Notes: generated by a model from the letters alone, not told the origin. A DNA stretch of 64,000 bases from Laetmonice hystrix (GCA_965235115.1 OZ249436.1:50966001-51030000), one strand, 5' to 3'; positions 41,901 to 54,559 are shown, counted from the stretch's first letter. A program made the numbers and translations.

Positions 41901-44900
41901 GATGTTCGCTAAGCATTCTGGGGAGGACGGCGAAGTTGACGCGCGGGAGTTGAAGCGGATTCTGAACGCTGGCTTAAAGCGAGGTACGTCAATCTGACAC
42001 AGTCAGGGGACATCAACCTGAAATAGGGCATCTTGCCAGGTGCTTACATAATACATCTAATCTAAGTGTTCTAATATAACAGATTCTGAACGCTGGCTTA
42101 AAGCGAGGTACGTCAATCTGACACAGTCAGGGGACATCAACCTGAAATAGGGCATCTTCCCAGGTGCTTACATAATACATCTAATCTAAGTGTTCTTATG
42201 TAAGTGTTTCACCTGTGGGAAAAGGTGTAATAAGCACCGACGAAGTAGCAATTACTATATCTTAATTCCGAGATAGCGACAATTAATGGCAATTGCTCAT
42301 TAATTGTCTGTATCGACGAAAAGCAAGCCCCAGAGAACTGACTTAATTATCAATCCCCTAATTGTCGGTATAGAAGTCTAACGGCTACATTACATATTCT
42401 TACATTATGACGAGGGAGTAATACTCGAAAGCGAGGGTGAATGTTGCATGACGTACATTACGTCACTGACACTGAATACCACGGCCAGGGTTACGTGACC
42501 CGCACTCTGACGTTGAGACCACACGTCCACAGGACGGTGTTGACACGACATGTCTCCGCTCACACGGTCGACATCATTCCATGACCTGACCATGACAAAT
42601 GGCGGCGGTCAGTCGTTCCGACAGCAAGAACATTGGGATGGCTACCCATCCCAATATTCTTGCCGACAGCTCCAAGTCTCCGTCAGTGACTATAAACACT
42701 AGCAGATATAGGGGCCGAGAATGGGGAGTGAAACCAAATTAGTAACTTGATAAATATTGTATGGTGCAACAGGCCGCGGGGAATGATCCTGCCACATCAA
42801 AGTGGCATGTCATGTTTTCCACATCAAAACAAAAACGCATAGGTACGTTTAAACAGCTGGATGACTAGAACCTAGATTTTGGTGTGAACCCTTTTATCAA
42901 TCATTTCTCTGTGTATAGGACTGACTTTCATCATCATTTACCCTGCCGTGATAATGACCCTGGCCGTTGCAAGGCGTAAAACCCCAAATACCCACCCACT
43001 CTGTGTAGGAAGGCCAAGCGGTACGATGGAGTTTCTAGCAGTACCCACGACCCTGCCTCTTGACGACCCCCGTTACGAATACCCACAAAAAGAGGAACAA
43101 GGTTGAAAAATCCCAGATTAATACAGCGTTGAATTGGTCGTTAAGTCTCTATAATTCCATCATCTTGAACCACATCGAACCACCTTTTAGAAACCAACTG
43201 AAAATCTCAGTCCACTAAGGAAAGAACAAGTGAAGGGGAAGAATTTGGGACGGAGGGCGTAATGTTGAAATATTGAGAACGACAGTCCTACTTTTGCCAT
43301 TCGTTTTATATTTAACACATAATCAAAAGTTGAAAAACAAACGAAATGGCATCAGTTTTGTTTTTTCTTCAACATGATGCTTTATTGATATGGAATGCGA
43401 ACTCGTGCACTTTATAAAATGAGGAGGCCTATTTTTTTCAGAAACTGACGAAGCATTCGAGAAGGCTACAGCCCGTGCGTTAGTGGCCTGGGCGGCTCCC
43501 GTATCCTTGACAGACTCGTGGTGTTTCCACTTTGATTTATGACTACAAAATGAACTCTTTATGGCTAAAATAATTTGCGTTGTAATTTGAATCACATGCA
43601 CTTAGCCACCAATAGTCAAATTTTAATGGCATTTTGTCCATTGCTTCGAACCTTGGCTTCTTTAATCTGAAACTTAAGGGCCGTTACAATTCATGTGGGC
43701 CGAATGATAAAACTCTCGCATGGCAGCGACTCTACAGGCCATCCCAACACAGGCCGTCCCCTTCGAGCTATCCTGTTTAATCCATTTCTGCTGCAGATAT
43801 TTCATGCACTCAAAGAATCAGAGGTACTATAGAGAGATGTGAGGCGGTGCCAGACTATGTACCGCAGGAGGAGGAATGGCGGGGAGATATATGTAAATAA
43901 ACAGTAAATAGTGGATAAAAAAAATGGGTGTGAAAGAAGGGTCAAGTTGGGGTAACTGGTATAGAAAGAAAGAAAATGGGTTCAAGTAGGGTGGGGACCC
44001 TGACCTCCCTTGAACCCCGCGGCCTTGTGTGGAGGCGCCGCCCCAGGAGTGATCTCAGAACAGTTGACCTTAATTACTAACTCCAGGGAGATGGAGGTCT
44101 GTTGGACAAGGCCAGCTGTAAGCGGGTATGGCGGGAGGTGAAACGGCTGCGGGTATGTATGGTCACCCACACCCACACCCACACCCACACACCACCTAGC
44201 GGCTTGTTGGTGCATGCGTCAAAAGGGCACACATACCTACACTCACATAATTACATGTATAGGCCTAAATTGGATATTAGATGAAAATGTAAATCATAAA
44301 ATAACCCCAACTTCTTAATAAACAGTACATTTATATCTCTATAAATATAATATATTAATGTAGGGTGAAATGTGTCTCTGTACCCTCTACAGTGAACGGT
44401 TTTAGGTGTCTTTACCCTCAAAGATATATGGCGTATAGTTAGTCGTCCCCTTTGATCAAGTCTCCTTGACTAGGTATATGACATTTATTTTTATGCTCCA
44501 TGATCGTTTGTGATGTATCCGTCTCTTTCCTTGAGAAGCTGTAATGTATAAGCCTGTACTTTTTCCCCCGCCCCTCACAGGGTGTGTTTGACAAGCACGA
44601 TATTGACGAGAACGGTGTGCTGGACCAGAAAGAAATGCGGAAAGCGTTCAGATCCATTGGTAAGTCGTGGCACGAGTAGGGTTATAATACTACACAGGGC
44701 GAGCCGATTCTGTCACGCGAAATGGTAAACCTGCTGGGCAAATGGGGAGGTGGGCGGGCATGTCTATATTACATGGGAATGGCTCTCATATAAGGGTGGT
44801 GTACGGTGGCATGCATGCATGATAGGAGAAGTGCGTGGCGTGCACACGGTAGATAGGTATTTAGGACACGCGATGTATAGGTTACTGTACAAACCGAGGT

Positions 44901-47066
44901 TTATAGGTTTCTGACAATCCACCATATCAGTCACTGTCCGGCGATCAGGGCCAGCAAATCTCTGGGATTGACTCAGATCAGACCAGGCCCAGCAGGTCCT
45001 GTCAGGACATGCAGAATTGTATAATGGAAGGAGAAATCTCTCCTCCAGCAGACCGAATTATGATCGATGATTGTGTTTTATATGAACAGAGACCAATAGA
45101 TGTAGGTCAGGTAACCGAAGGCCCGCCAGGTAAATGGGACCAGACGTGGTAAATGAAGTGCTCGTAGTGATATCGTGCAAAGGTCGTGGGGATATCGTGA
45201 GCAAAGGGCGTATTGGTAGTATCCGGACCGACAAACCGGTCAAGTGATTCAACTAGGAGCTAAGGAAGGGGAGGGAAGCCGTAATGATACTCAACACGGA
45301 CATCAGTGGGATTGGGTACATGTGGAGTTTACTGGCATGTGGAGTTCGTGTGGAGTGGGAGTTAATCCGCGGCGGACCCATCGAGTGGAGCCTTGAATAG
45401 GAAATAGGGAAAACACATCATAAATGTCATGAAACGCTTTAAAAAGAGAGGAAAAATGGCTTAAGGACAAAAACCGATAGAAGGCCCGCAGGTGCATGTT
45501 ATGAGTTCTGCGTATATTCGTGACTCCACAGGTAAGTGCTGACCTCAGGTGCTAGGGACACAATAGTCCGATTGAGTCGGTCATGAGCGTTAAAAGGGTA
45601 CATATGCAACATACAGAAGGCAACCCTTTTTTTAATCATGACGTCGATGAAAAATGTGTACCCGCTGCAAGTACTGACTGATGTGCATTCACAAACATAG
45701 TGATGTTCTTTTTGAAGGTTTCGACATGAACAAGAAGACACTGGTGTCCATAGCACATCGCTACTGCGGCAAGAACGGCAACTTGACCCTGGACGACTTT
45801 GTGCTGCTGGCCACCAAGGCGGCCGCGCAGTTCGGTAAGGGGACTTCTACCCACCGGGGAGCCATCCTGCATGCTAATTCTCAATGGGGGTGGGGGTGGG
45901 GGTGGGGGGGGGGGTCCAGGCTGCAGTAAGGCAGCCTCGGCCTGTCGCCGACATACGCTACATGTAACATAAGGCAGCCTCGGCCTGTAACCAACCAGAA
46001 TGATCGGAGATCTGTGTCGTCGCCGACATAAGCTATGACATACGGCAGCCTCGGCCTGTAACCAACCAGAATGATCGGAGATGCATACTGATCGCTACCA
46101 GGATTCCCGATCCCGGGCATCGACCGATCGTAGGGGTACACATGATCCCCGAAGTTTGACACACCTTTATATTATGGCCTATATTGGAACCGGGGGAAAG
46201 AGGCCGAAAAGGACAGAAAATATTTTAATCCGGTCCTTGAAATGTGAATCGGCAGCCGCCAACCGGATCCTAACTTCACACTGCTGTTACCGGCTGTGTA
46301 AAAGGAAAACAGAGTTTTGGGAACGGTTTGGGATAGGTTTCCTATGGCAGACGGCAAAGATCAACATTTTATGGAGCATGCGGGACCAATTTCCTCTAAA
46401 GAACATACATTTTAATTAAATAAAGGGAAAGAAGGGCTTAGGGACCTGGAGGATGAATGACGATGGGAGATTAACCCACCCCGGTCCGCTGGTGGATGGT
46501 GAGACACGTTATTAGGCCATGTTTCTTCGCTGTGCGGGACAATGGGTTTGAAATGAGCTAAAAGGACCCTTTTTTAGCAGAACACACTTTGCAAGGATCT
46601 CAGAATTGGTGGGGGGTTCTCTAGGGGCCTCATCATGATGAACAGGGTAACCTTAAAAACTAGGCCTAATCTGTCATCATTCTGTGTCATTTCCAGAGGT
46701 ACACGCACATCTCGCCGAGAAAGCAAGAAGGACTAACAAGGAAATGGTGTCTTTTGACCAGGCAAGTGCTCCGCTCCTCAGAAACAATAATGACAAAAGG
46801 ACTTATCCATAATGTATTGACTTGCAAGTCATCTGCACACATACAAGTGCATGCCTAGAGAATCCTATTCACATCAGACCATTGTTAGATAACGGAATGA
46901 ATGAAGTTACACCCTCGTTAATTTTGATTAATCCCTTAGGCTTTCCGTAATTCCTTTTTACATGACGTACTATTTTATTCGGCCCGCCATGGCGACTGCG
47001 AATCATTCTTTGTTTAATCCGATACTTTTTCCCCTTTCATTGCAGTGGTTTCAGGAGACACTTTGA
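29932..47066 (+). CDS. Classical calpain large subunit (CysPc - C2-like/CBSW - penta-EF-hand), 20 exons, about 670 aa
   Basis: Exons: 29932-30072 ([13 protein letters not shown]), 30847-30916 (FDLSQGELG), 31317-31421 (NCWFVSA, catalytic Cys), 31563-31716 ([22 protein letters not shown]), 32071-32242 (LHGSY..DFTGG), 32425-32508 (GLVTGHAYS, His), 32770-32855 (RLRNPWG, Asn), 37674-37751 (DDGEFW), 38037-38118 (MSFEDF), 39882-39969 ([11 protein letters not shown]), 40128-40300 (YWMNPQY), 41146-41363 ([13 protein letters not shown]), 41463-41496, 41863-41983 (EF1), 43442-43500, 44087-44152, 44581-44659 ([12 protein letters not shown]), 45718-45834, 46697-46761, 47046-47066 (WFQETL*). Sum is 2013 nt, in frame. 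Confidence 0.95.
32887..32983. mobile_element. Tiny hairpin MITE-like element (GGGCCC-terminus family) in calpain intron 7
   Basis: ACCTGGGCCCAGTTCC...GGAACCGGGCCCAGGT termini; internal stems AATCTTAAG/CTTAAGATT and CTGATTGGCTGGTC/GACCAGCCAATCAG. Confidence 0.65.
33963..34658. mobile_element. Degenerate Harbinger-like MITE with a probable nested G/C-run element
   Basis: Imperfect TIR AGCCGGGTATCCAC / GTGGAAACCAGGCT with TAA flanks; poly-G/poly-C insert at about 34110-34390. Confidence 0.5.
34880..35051. mobile_element. Short G-rich TIR element (CAGGCGCG(A/G)ATC terminus family)
   Basis: CAGGCGCGAATCC...GTATCCGCGCCTG inverted ends; related 5' ends occur at about 30144, 33326 and 34800. Confidence 0.55.
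35041..35600. repeat. 61-bp minisatellite, about 9 copies
   Basis: Unit ATCCGCG(C/T)CTGTAC(C/A)AACAAATACGTCAGTAGGTGCCCTTTGAGAAGACCCTGAACCCAGG. Confidence 0.95.
36685..37497. repeat. About 43-bp minisatellite, about 19 copies
   Basis: Unit GTCGCCATGTGGTGTAGGCCTACATGATCCCCTTGGAGCGGTA with the internal palindrome TGTAGGCCTACA. Confidence 0.95.
38198..39026. mobile_element. Long-TIR non-autonomous DNA element (TGT..ACA termini, Ginger-like) carrying a (CCCTAA)n tract
   Basis: 136-bp inverted repeat (38198-38333 vs 38891-39026) made of ACCGATAATGTAATAA subrepeats; flanks AGCCC / AGTCC form a near 5-bp TSD; CCCTAA repeats at about 38606-38682. Confidence 0.85.
40766..40815. repeat. (GAG)n microsatellite
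   Basis: About 16 uninterrupted GAG/GGA units in calpain intron 11. Confidence 0.9.
43501..44086 (+). other. U12-type (minor spliceosome) GT-AG intron of the calpain gene
   Basis: 5' splice site GTATCCTT at 43501. Branch-like CCTTAAT at 44068-44074, about 13 nt before the AG, with no long polypyrimidine tract. Flanking exons join in frame. Confidence 0.85.
46762..47045 (+). other. GC-AG terminal intron of the calpain gene
   Basis: CAG|GCAAGT donor and pyrimidine-rich TTGCAG acceptor. Splicing gives ..SFDQ-WFQETL*, matching the calpain C-terminal W-x-Q-x-T motif. Confidence 0.75.
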
Positions 47067-49546
47067 AGTCAATCCGTAAGCAGTGTCTTTGAAAACATCT
47101 ATGAATTCATGGTTTCTGTCTTAAAGGGGAATTGGCACATTTTGCTGGACTAAATGCCCCGTATAACAGTGGTCCCTTTGTCGCCCCACCTGTATGCAAT
47201 CACAGACAAATGGAGAAGGCTTGGAAAACACTTAGAGAAGTACAGGCAATTTGTCTGCACTTTTTCACATGATCTTACACAAACCAAATGTTACACAGCA
47301 TAGGCTGACAGAGTTAATTAACCATTCGGGTTTCTACTGATGTGGTCCTTGTAGTCGACGCGCATGGAATAGAAGGATGTAAATAATGGATTGATGGGAA
47401 ATTACGCGGTGCCCAGCGGACACGTTGTAACGCTGAGTGTCTGACGGAGGCAAGGTGCCTTCTCACCAGGTAATGAAGCCTCGGCTTCTGTGCACATACA
47501 GAGGACGCCGCCGTATTTTATGGGACATATCCCGGGAGTTAGATGCAGAGATACAGGGGTTAGTTCACCTCATTCCTGATTTTGTTTTGACCGTACGCTC
47601 CGACAACAGCCCATTCAATCTGGAAATGAACGTAGAGAATGGTGGAAACCAAGTCGTTACCACTGGGATTGATGGTATGTGTAATTGAGAATACATTTCC
47701 ACTTAGCCCAATTTCCGAAGACCCCGACCTCCTATGAATAATGGTAAGTCGTTAATTTAAACTAATTTTCAGATGTCTTAATTTGACATTTCATGAAAGG
47801 AAAAATCCCAAATGTTAACTGGATTCTGAACCCCACTTGATATTATCACTTTGAGCACAATGTGTGAGATAAATCTCCAATTATATTTAATTTTGCCAGA
47901 CGCCACAAAGAAATTACTGGCATTCACTGATCCAGTCAAATGCTACAATCTGGTGTTGGATGTTACACGACCTGGTGTGTGAGATATTCTATTTAATGTC
48001 CCTCAAGGAAAGGCTGCATACGGACCCTTGAGTAAAATAAAGGCAGCTTCACAGCGCGACACTGGCGGTCCACACGTGCAGCTGCTATACTTTACTTGGC
48101 GGTGTGGCGCCTTGATTTTACTGGAATGTATACAAGAAACCGAAAACGGTTGAAGGAACAAGCTTTGAGATGGGACAGCCAATACTGCTACATCTGGAAC
48201 TAACAGGATTGTTGTAACTAACAACGGCCTGTCTAAGCAGGGCGCAGCTCCATCGACCTAAAACTGCATACTTGGCGGGACTCGGGGGAAGAACAAATAC
48301 GGCGTGCAGGATTGAACTAGAAATACAAAAAATAAAATGGAGAAAGTCCAGTATATTAGCTGCATGGAACATGTTTTATCTAAGTGAACCTACTGTTTGT
48401 AAATGAAAAAAAAACTACGAGGTCGAAAGAAGAGAGGTGTTGCCGAATAAAACGTAGTATTAACACCATGTATGCGGTGCCTTCTGTCGGTTCAGGTGAT
48501 TCTGACACTTTTAGGAGACATCAGGGAAACTCATTTGCTTCCCGAGATTGCGTATGGCCCAGTAATCGAATAGGTGGCCTGGTCTCATCGCAAAGACTTC
48601 GTATACTATCTACGTCACTAACCTCCCTGGAGGGAGGTAATCTAGCAGGTATATTGTCCTTGTAAAGTGGGTTTTATCTGTTACTCCCGTGTACCGGCTG
48701 TCGGTGGAACCAACCTTTCATGTGATTCATGATCGTGCATGTCTTGCCTTTCAGAGATCTTCTGTAAGGGTCATTTGGAATACCATTTTTGAAGCGGTTT
48801 TTGAGACGGGATTGAAATGGTGACACCGTCTATCCTGGGCAGGGCCCCGGGTAGACATACGTCTCCTTCCACTGCTGCCAGACATGATGATTCTTCTGTT
48901 GTGCCTTCTGACAGGAACAGGTCACTATAGCTGTGCCCTTTTAGAATAGGTGACTCGTTCCGTCTCAGGAAGGTCGGTGTCTGACTTCCAGACCACCTCT
49001 GGAAGTGAGCCACCGACTGGCCGGCGGCCCATGTCCACGTCTCGACACTGACAGTCGTGACAAACGTCTTTCGGCTCAGCGACTCGCCATTTTAACGTCG
49101 CTGATACCGGATACACCACCGAACTGCCACCTGTCGGTCGCCATGGGAAACACCCCCACGCCTGTCTGCAATAAGAGCTGGCTCCACTCTGAGCCACCGT
49201 AACCCCTGATGACAGACTACCCCCACACCTCCCCTCGTCACAAACTTCCACAGACTGTCGACATACTACTCCTTTTGGCCATTTTCTTCCTTTTCTATAT
49301 GAACCTTAGATTTGCGAGGCCTGAAGGGTTGACTATCGGCCAATATTGTGGCGTGGTATTTGTGGCAATCCCTGTCTTCATTGATAATATGAGCCGTCCT
49401 TGTGTGCCATCCGAGCGGCAAATTTACCTCCCGGCAACCCGAACAGGATAATTATAAAGTGACAATGACAGGTTTCAACAAAAGGCTGCGTGATGTTCTC
49501 AAATGTGTAAGAATCGGTATTTCTGGAAGACGGACTTGTAGCCGCC

Positions 49547-50000
49547 GATTAGGGTCGTGACCTAGAATATGAGGTCAAAGTGTGCGGGATAAGGGTCGTG
49601 ACCTAGAATATGAGGTCAAGGTGTGCGGGATTAAGGTCGTGACCTAGAATATGAGGTCAAGGTGTGCGGGATTAGGGTCGTGACCTAGAATAAGAGGTCA
49701 AGGTGTGCGGGATTAGGGTCGTGACCTAGAATATGAGGTCAAGGTGTGCGGGATTAGGATCGTGACCTAGAATAAGAGGTCAAGGTGTGCGGGATTAGGG
49801 TCGTGACCTAGAATAAGAGGTCAAGGTGTGCGGGATTAGGGTCGTGACCTAGAATAAGAGGTCAAGGTGTGCAGGATTAGGGTCGTGACCTAGAATAAGA
49901 GTCGAGGTGTGCAGGATTAGGGTCGTGACCTAGAATAAGAGGTCAAGGTGTGCGGGATTAGGGTCGTGACCTAGAATAAGAGGTCAAGGGGTGCAGGATT
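49547..50000. repeat. 41-bp minisatellite, about 11 copies
   Basis: Unit GATTAGGGTCGTGACCTAGAATA(A/T)GAGGTCAAGGTGTGCGG. Confidence 0.95.
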
Positions 50001-53000
50001 ACGAGGTGATATATAAGGAGAAATGGCCAATACTGTACGCCGGCGACTGCAAGTTCTATACAGTTTACCAACTAATCCCCGGTACTTGGGGTATTATCAG
50101 GCGATACACCCTTTATACGTTTCGTAAACCGAATTCATGAGAGACACAAAAGGGAGTTTGTCGACATCCAAGGTGGGCCGATGTGTGGGTTGGGGTTGTT
50201 GCAGTGTTCCGTTGTTTTGTCGCACATTGTATCCCTGAGAATTGATCAACGCTATCCAGGTTACAAACAAAGAGGGCTACATATGACATCCTGCCAGCAT
50301 ACTCGGCACATTGACTATTCATTGACAGTCGGTGACATTGTGTAACATTTAGCCGTAGTCACGCGAAGGTTCTCCTCAGCGTCATGTAGATGTTCTCAAT
50401 ATGACCAGCAACCACTGAAGGGCGATTTAACGCTCCTTGGTCGTGAGACGCGATGTGAGACCTGAGGACTGAGGCAGGCACGTGTCATCATGTTAACCTA
50501 AAGGACAATTCGTAGTGAGACAGGTAACACCGACCTAATTCTGAAATGTACTACAAGACCGGATGTGACACTGGAGGCATGACAGACGGATCATATATAT
50601 CGGGCGGATAAAACAACGTCTCCAACTTCAAGTTGGGCGGGTCCTGGGGGGGGGGGGGCAACCAGATATTTAAGTGTGTGTGTGGGGGGGGGGGGGGTGC
50701 ATGGGGGCAAGTAGGGAACATGTATTGGAAGAAAACTCGCCTAAAATGAGATCTGACCACCTGGTTCGGCGATGGTTCGCCTCCTTGCAGACATGCACGC
50801 ACGCATACCTGCATGGTGTGTACAAAATACTGCAGAGATAGCGACTATCATATAGGAATGTATACATTCTTGCGTCTTGCTCCTAACCTAAAGTCTTTTT
50901 TTCTCCTCGATATACACACGCGTTCGCCTTTGGTTGTAGGCCTACCATCGATAGCTCGCCAGCAAACATTTCCCCCACTTTCACAGCAATATTTGCATAC
51001 TCCTATACCGTGGGTGCCGAGCGTGCACGTATTGACTTATGCGAGATGCATGTCCCCGCACCCAGCCGTGGATACCGACCTGGAGTAACACTAAGATCTT
51101 CCACCAAGTCCCGCCCTCCCCCTCCCCCTCCCCCGTAGTCCCTCACACCACGACATTCCAGCAGCCTATGTCAAGAGCGCCTATCGATCGCTCCACACCC
51201 ATCCATCCATATATCCTTACATCCATCCAGTATGCGCGCACACAAACGATACGGCGTATAACGGGACCTGTGACCGACGCGAAACGCGCGCAGTTTTTGC
51301 AGCGCGTCTCGGGATCGAACGTGGCGTGGCCAGCGTTTGGCGCGTCAGTGCACGTATCCCGTCTCCTGTCTGTGCACCAGTGCTATGATCGACAACTCCA
51401 GCCGTGCGGTATTCGGCTCTACCTGAGGTTGTCATATACGCACGACGCCCGACTCTGTACCACAAGTCCACGGCCAAGCATCAGCGTCACATCGACGGCA
51501 TGGGTTGTACCACGTGATAGGTGGAACCTGAAGAAGGGAACGCGGCGCCACCACCGGGACGCTTACCCGGCGTTTCCATCCCAGGATACTGTGCCAAATC
51601 GGGGAGCATCTCCTAAAAGTAACACCTGATTCAAACCGCATGCACCTGACCTGGTCGATGACAATGAGTAACAACCTGACATTCATTGCTAAACGTTCAT
51701 GTTACCACCAGACAACCCATCGATAGGCAATATATCTGGACAGCGTTTATCTTGCTGAAAGGAAACATCATTCCAATATCAGTTGTTACGTTTTCCGGGA
51801 AATGATCATACACCATGAATGATCTATCTGAGCGGAGAATGAAATGACATTCAGCGTGTGTAACCGTCAACGGAATATTTTCATTCGGAGAAAAGAAGAG
51901 CCGTGGCCTATATACCTACTCTATCGTAAGGGTATGTACATACAATACATACATGAACATACATAATATATAGATATTTGTTGGTATACACATTTCCGCT
52001 GCCTTAAATCTATTACATTATCGTTTAACTATATGCACTCTGCTCGACAAATAGAACAGAACACACGTGTATACTTACTGACCTTATTGACTGACGATAT
52101 TTTGCAAGGTGTTCACTGGAAACTTTTTCCCACAGTAGTATGTGGGACATGGCTAAGATTATCCGGTCTGCATGACAGAAGATAGCGTCAGTGGTTCGCG
52201 TGTGTTCGTTCATATTTTGTTAAAGTGTTTGATCCAGGGTCCCCGTTCGCTAGAGTATGTCTGCCCCACTTGTATGTGATCTTAGCCTTGATGTGATCCC
52301 TCTGCTAGGAACATCTGCCACTGCATATAGTAAGGCCGAAACGACAGGGCATTTACTATATGCTTACTTTACAGGACTACTTTTTATCGTCGTAACTATG
52401 GGCGAAGGAAATGGATTCGTTTCTGAAATAACGTAAGGAATATTTGAGAATTTGAGCCTATCTGCGCTATGTTTATCTGATATCTGATGAGGTTGGCCAA
52501 GGTTGTGCTTGTTTTGGTCTGACCTTTGGAGTGTTTGCCTCAGGGGACCGTGCCCAGTCCTGTGTGCGGACACACGTATATGGCTGAGCCCCTCAGCCCC
52601 GGGCAGAGAGCCTTTGACTCCATGGCAATATGATCCGGTGTCATTAAGATCCCGCATGATAACATTTTGCTGATGGTGTCAGGTGCGATGGTTCTCAGCT
52701 ACCGCCATCTAGTCATTATACCTACCTGACCCCCGACCGAGATAGATGATGTTGGATCAACCTGCTGGTGTTAACTAAGGTCGCTCAATCAACAACATTC
52801 ATCAGACAGATAGAGGTGTTGTAGAGTTTTATCACTGTTATTGTGGCACTCGTGAAGGACCGGAGATAAATCTAGTACAACATTGTGGTTTAATGAAGTA
52901 CCATGACGTCCATGGTTAATACAAGTTCTTGATAGTGGCTGCCGACTAAATAGAACTACAAGCTTATCTGTGTAGTCCAAAAATCCAACCAAAGAATTTC

Positions 53001-53168
53001 TATTAGCCATACACAGTGTGTAAACAAAGCTGTGAAGGCCCTCCGTAATATAGACCTGTATCGGTTATAGACTTCATCCGATCATGTATTGTTATCTCCG
53101 CTCGGGGTCCAATATGATGCGCTGGTCTGGGGAATCTGATAAGGTACAAAGTGGCTGTTATGCTGAAA

Positions 53169-53745
53169 AACCTGTTTCAAATATCACAAATATTTTACCT
53201 GGAGCGTTGTTTGTGGGAACCTGCTTCAAATATCACCAATATTACACCTGGAACGTTGTTTACGGGAACCTGTTTCAAATATCACCAATATTACATCTGG
53301 AGCGTTGTTTGCGGGAACCTGTTTCAAATATCACCAATATTACATCTGGAGCGTTGTTTACGGGAACCTGTTTCAAATATCACCAATAACACACCTGCAG
53401 CGTTGTTTGCGGGAACCTGTTTCAAATATCACCAATATCACACCTGCAGCGTTGTTTGCGGGAACCTGTTTCAAATATCACCAATATTACACCTGGAGCG
53501 TTGTTTGCGGGAACCTGTTTCAAATATCACCAATATTACACATGGAACGTTGTTTGCGGGAACCTGTTTCAAATATCACCAATATTACACCTGGAACGTT
53601 GTTTGCGGGAACCTGTTTCAAATATCACCATGAAATATTACACCTGGAACGTTGTTTGCGGGAACCTGTTTCAAATATCACCAATATTACACCTGCAGCG
53701 TTGTTTGCGGGAACCTGTTTCAAATATCACCAATATTACACCTCC
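53169..53745. repeat. 49-bp minisatellite, about 12 copies
   Basis: Unit GGGAACCTGTTTCAAATATCACCAATATTACACCTGGAGCGTTGTTTGC. Confidence 0.95.
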
Positions 53746-54559
53746 AGCGGTGTTTTGCATGTAGTCACTATTCAGTCCCCCTTGATTAATTGTTTCCCTC
53801 ACAAACACATTAAATCTGTCACTTTAACTGCTCCAAGCCTACATTCACTCACAGTTTCGCGGTCCCGTCTCCATGCAAAGGGAATAACCGGGGACGTCGA
53901 ACTGGATGGACCCATTGGATGGAATGTGGCTATATACGAGTACTTCAAACCTTCCTTATAGCCGTCCGGATTGGATCCCGCCATTATAATACAAGCCTCC
54001 TTCCCACCCTCTCGGCTGTGATGAAGGACCATCGCCGGGGGTCATGTATAGGGCGCAGGCGCATGCAGTTGGCACTGGCAGATGTCGCCTCGACCCGGTT
54101 ACCCACAATACAGCTGTCAGCTCAGCCTGCATGGCCCAGCGAGACTTGGTTCAATCCAGCTGTATGGGACATGGTGCATGCGAGCTAGAAAATAAATACG
54201 CCTATACAGACCGGTTGCGGGAGCCAGAATGTTAGGGGGGGGGGGGGGGTTGGCTGGTCCATTTATAGTCAACTACATGATTACCAAATGGCTACTTTCC
54301 CAAACTATTCAATCCAACAGCTATGAAAATAATCCATTATACACATGCATCAAAGTCTAGTTTGTAAAACTATGTTACAATAAATTATTCCGTTTTCTTT
54401 ACTAATTAAGAATTCCTGAAAGTATCTGTGTTCTGAAGTAAAAGTTCTTTTTTACTGTTGGAAGTATGGCGTCCCGGGTCATGGCACCACCTGCCTGCTG
54501 TAGAGTCTTGACTAGGCTGAAGCGTTACCATCTGACAGCCCGCAGGAGACGCTAATCTA

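Noticed and set aside
48771..49451. Several overlapping ORFs downstream of calpain
   Set aside because: No frame gives a recognisable protein or a consistent exon chain.
51039..51629. 196-aa ORF in a CpG-rich patch
   Set aside because: No recognisable domain, TTG/GTG-independent coding signal or convincing splice boundaries; could be regulatory or UTR sequence.
53084..53961. Long overlapping ORFs in all three + frames (up to 218 aa)
   Set aside because: The 49-bp unit simply lacks stop codons; the period is not a multiple of 3 and there is no protein motif.
54120..54187. WPSETWFNPAVWD resembling the Tc1 WPxxSPDLNPIExxW motif
   Set aside because: Weak match, and on the opposite strand to the putative HTH fragment.
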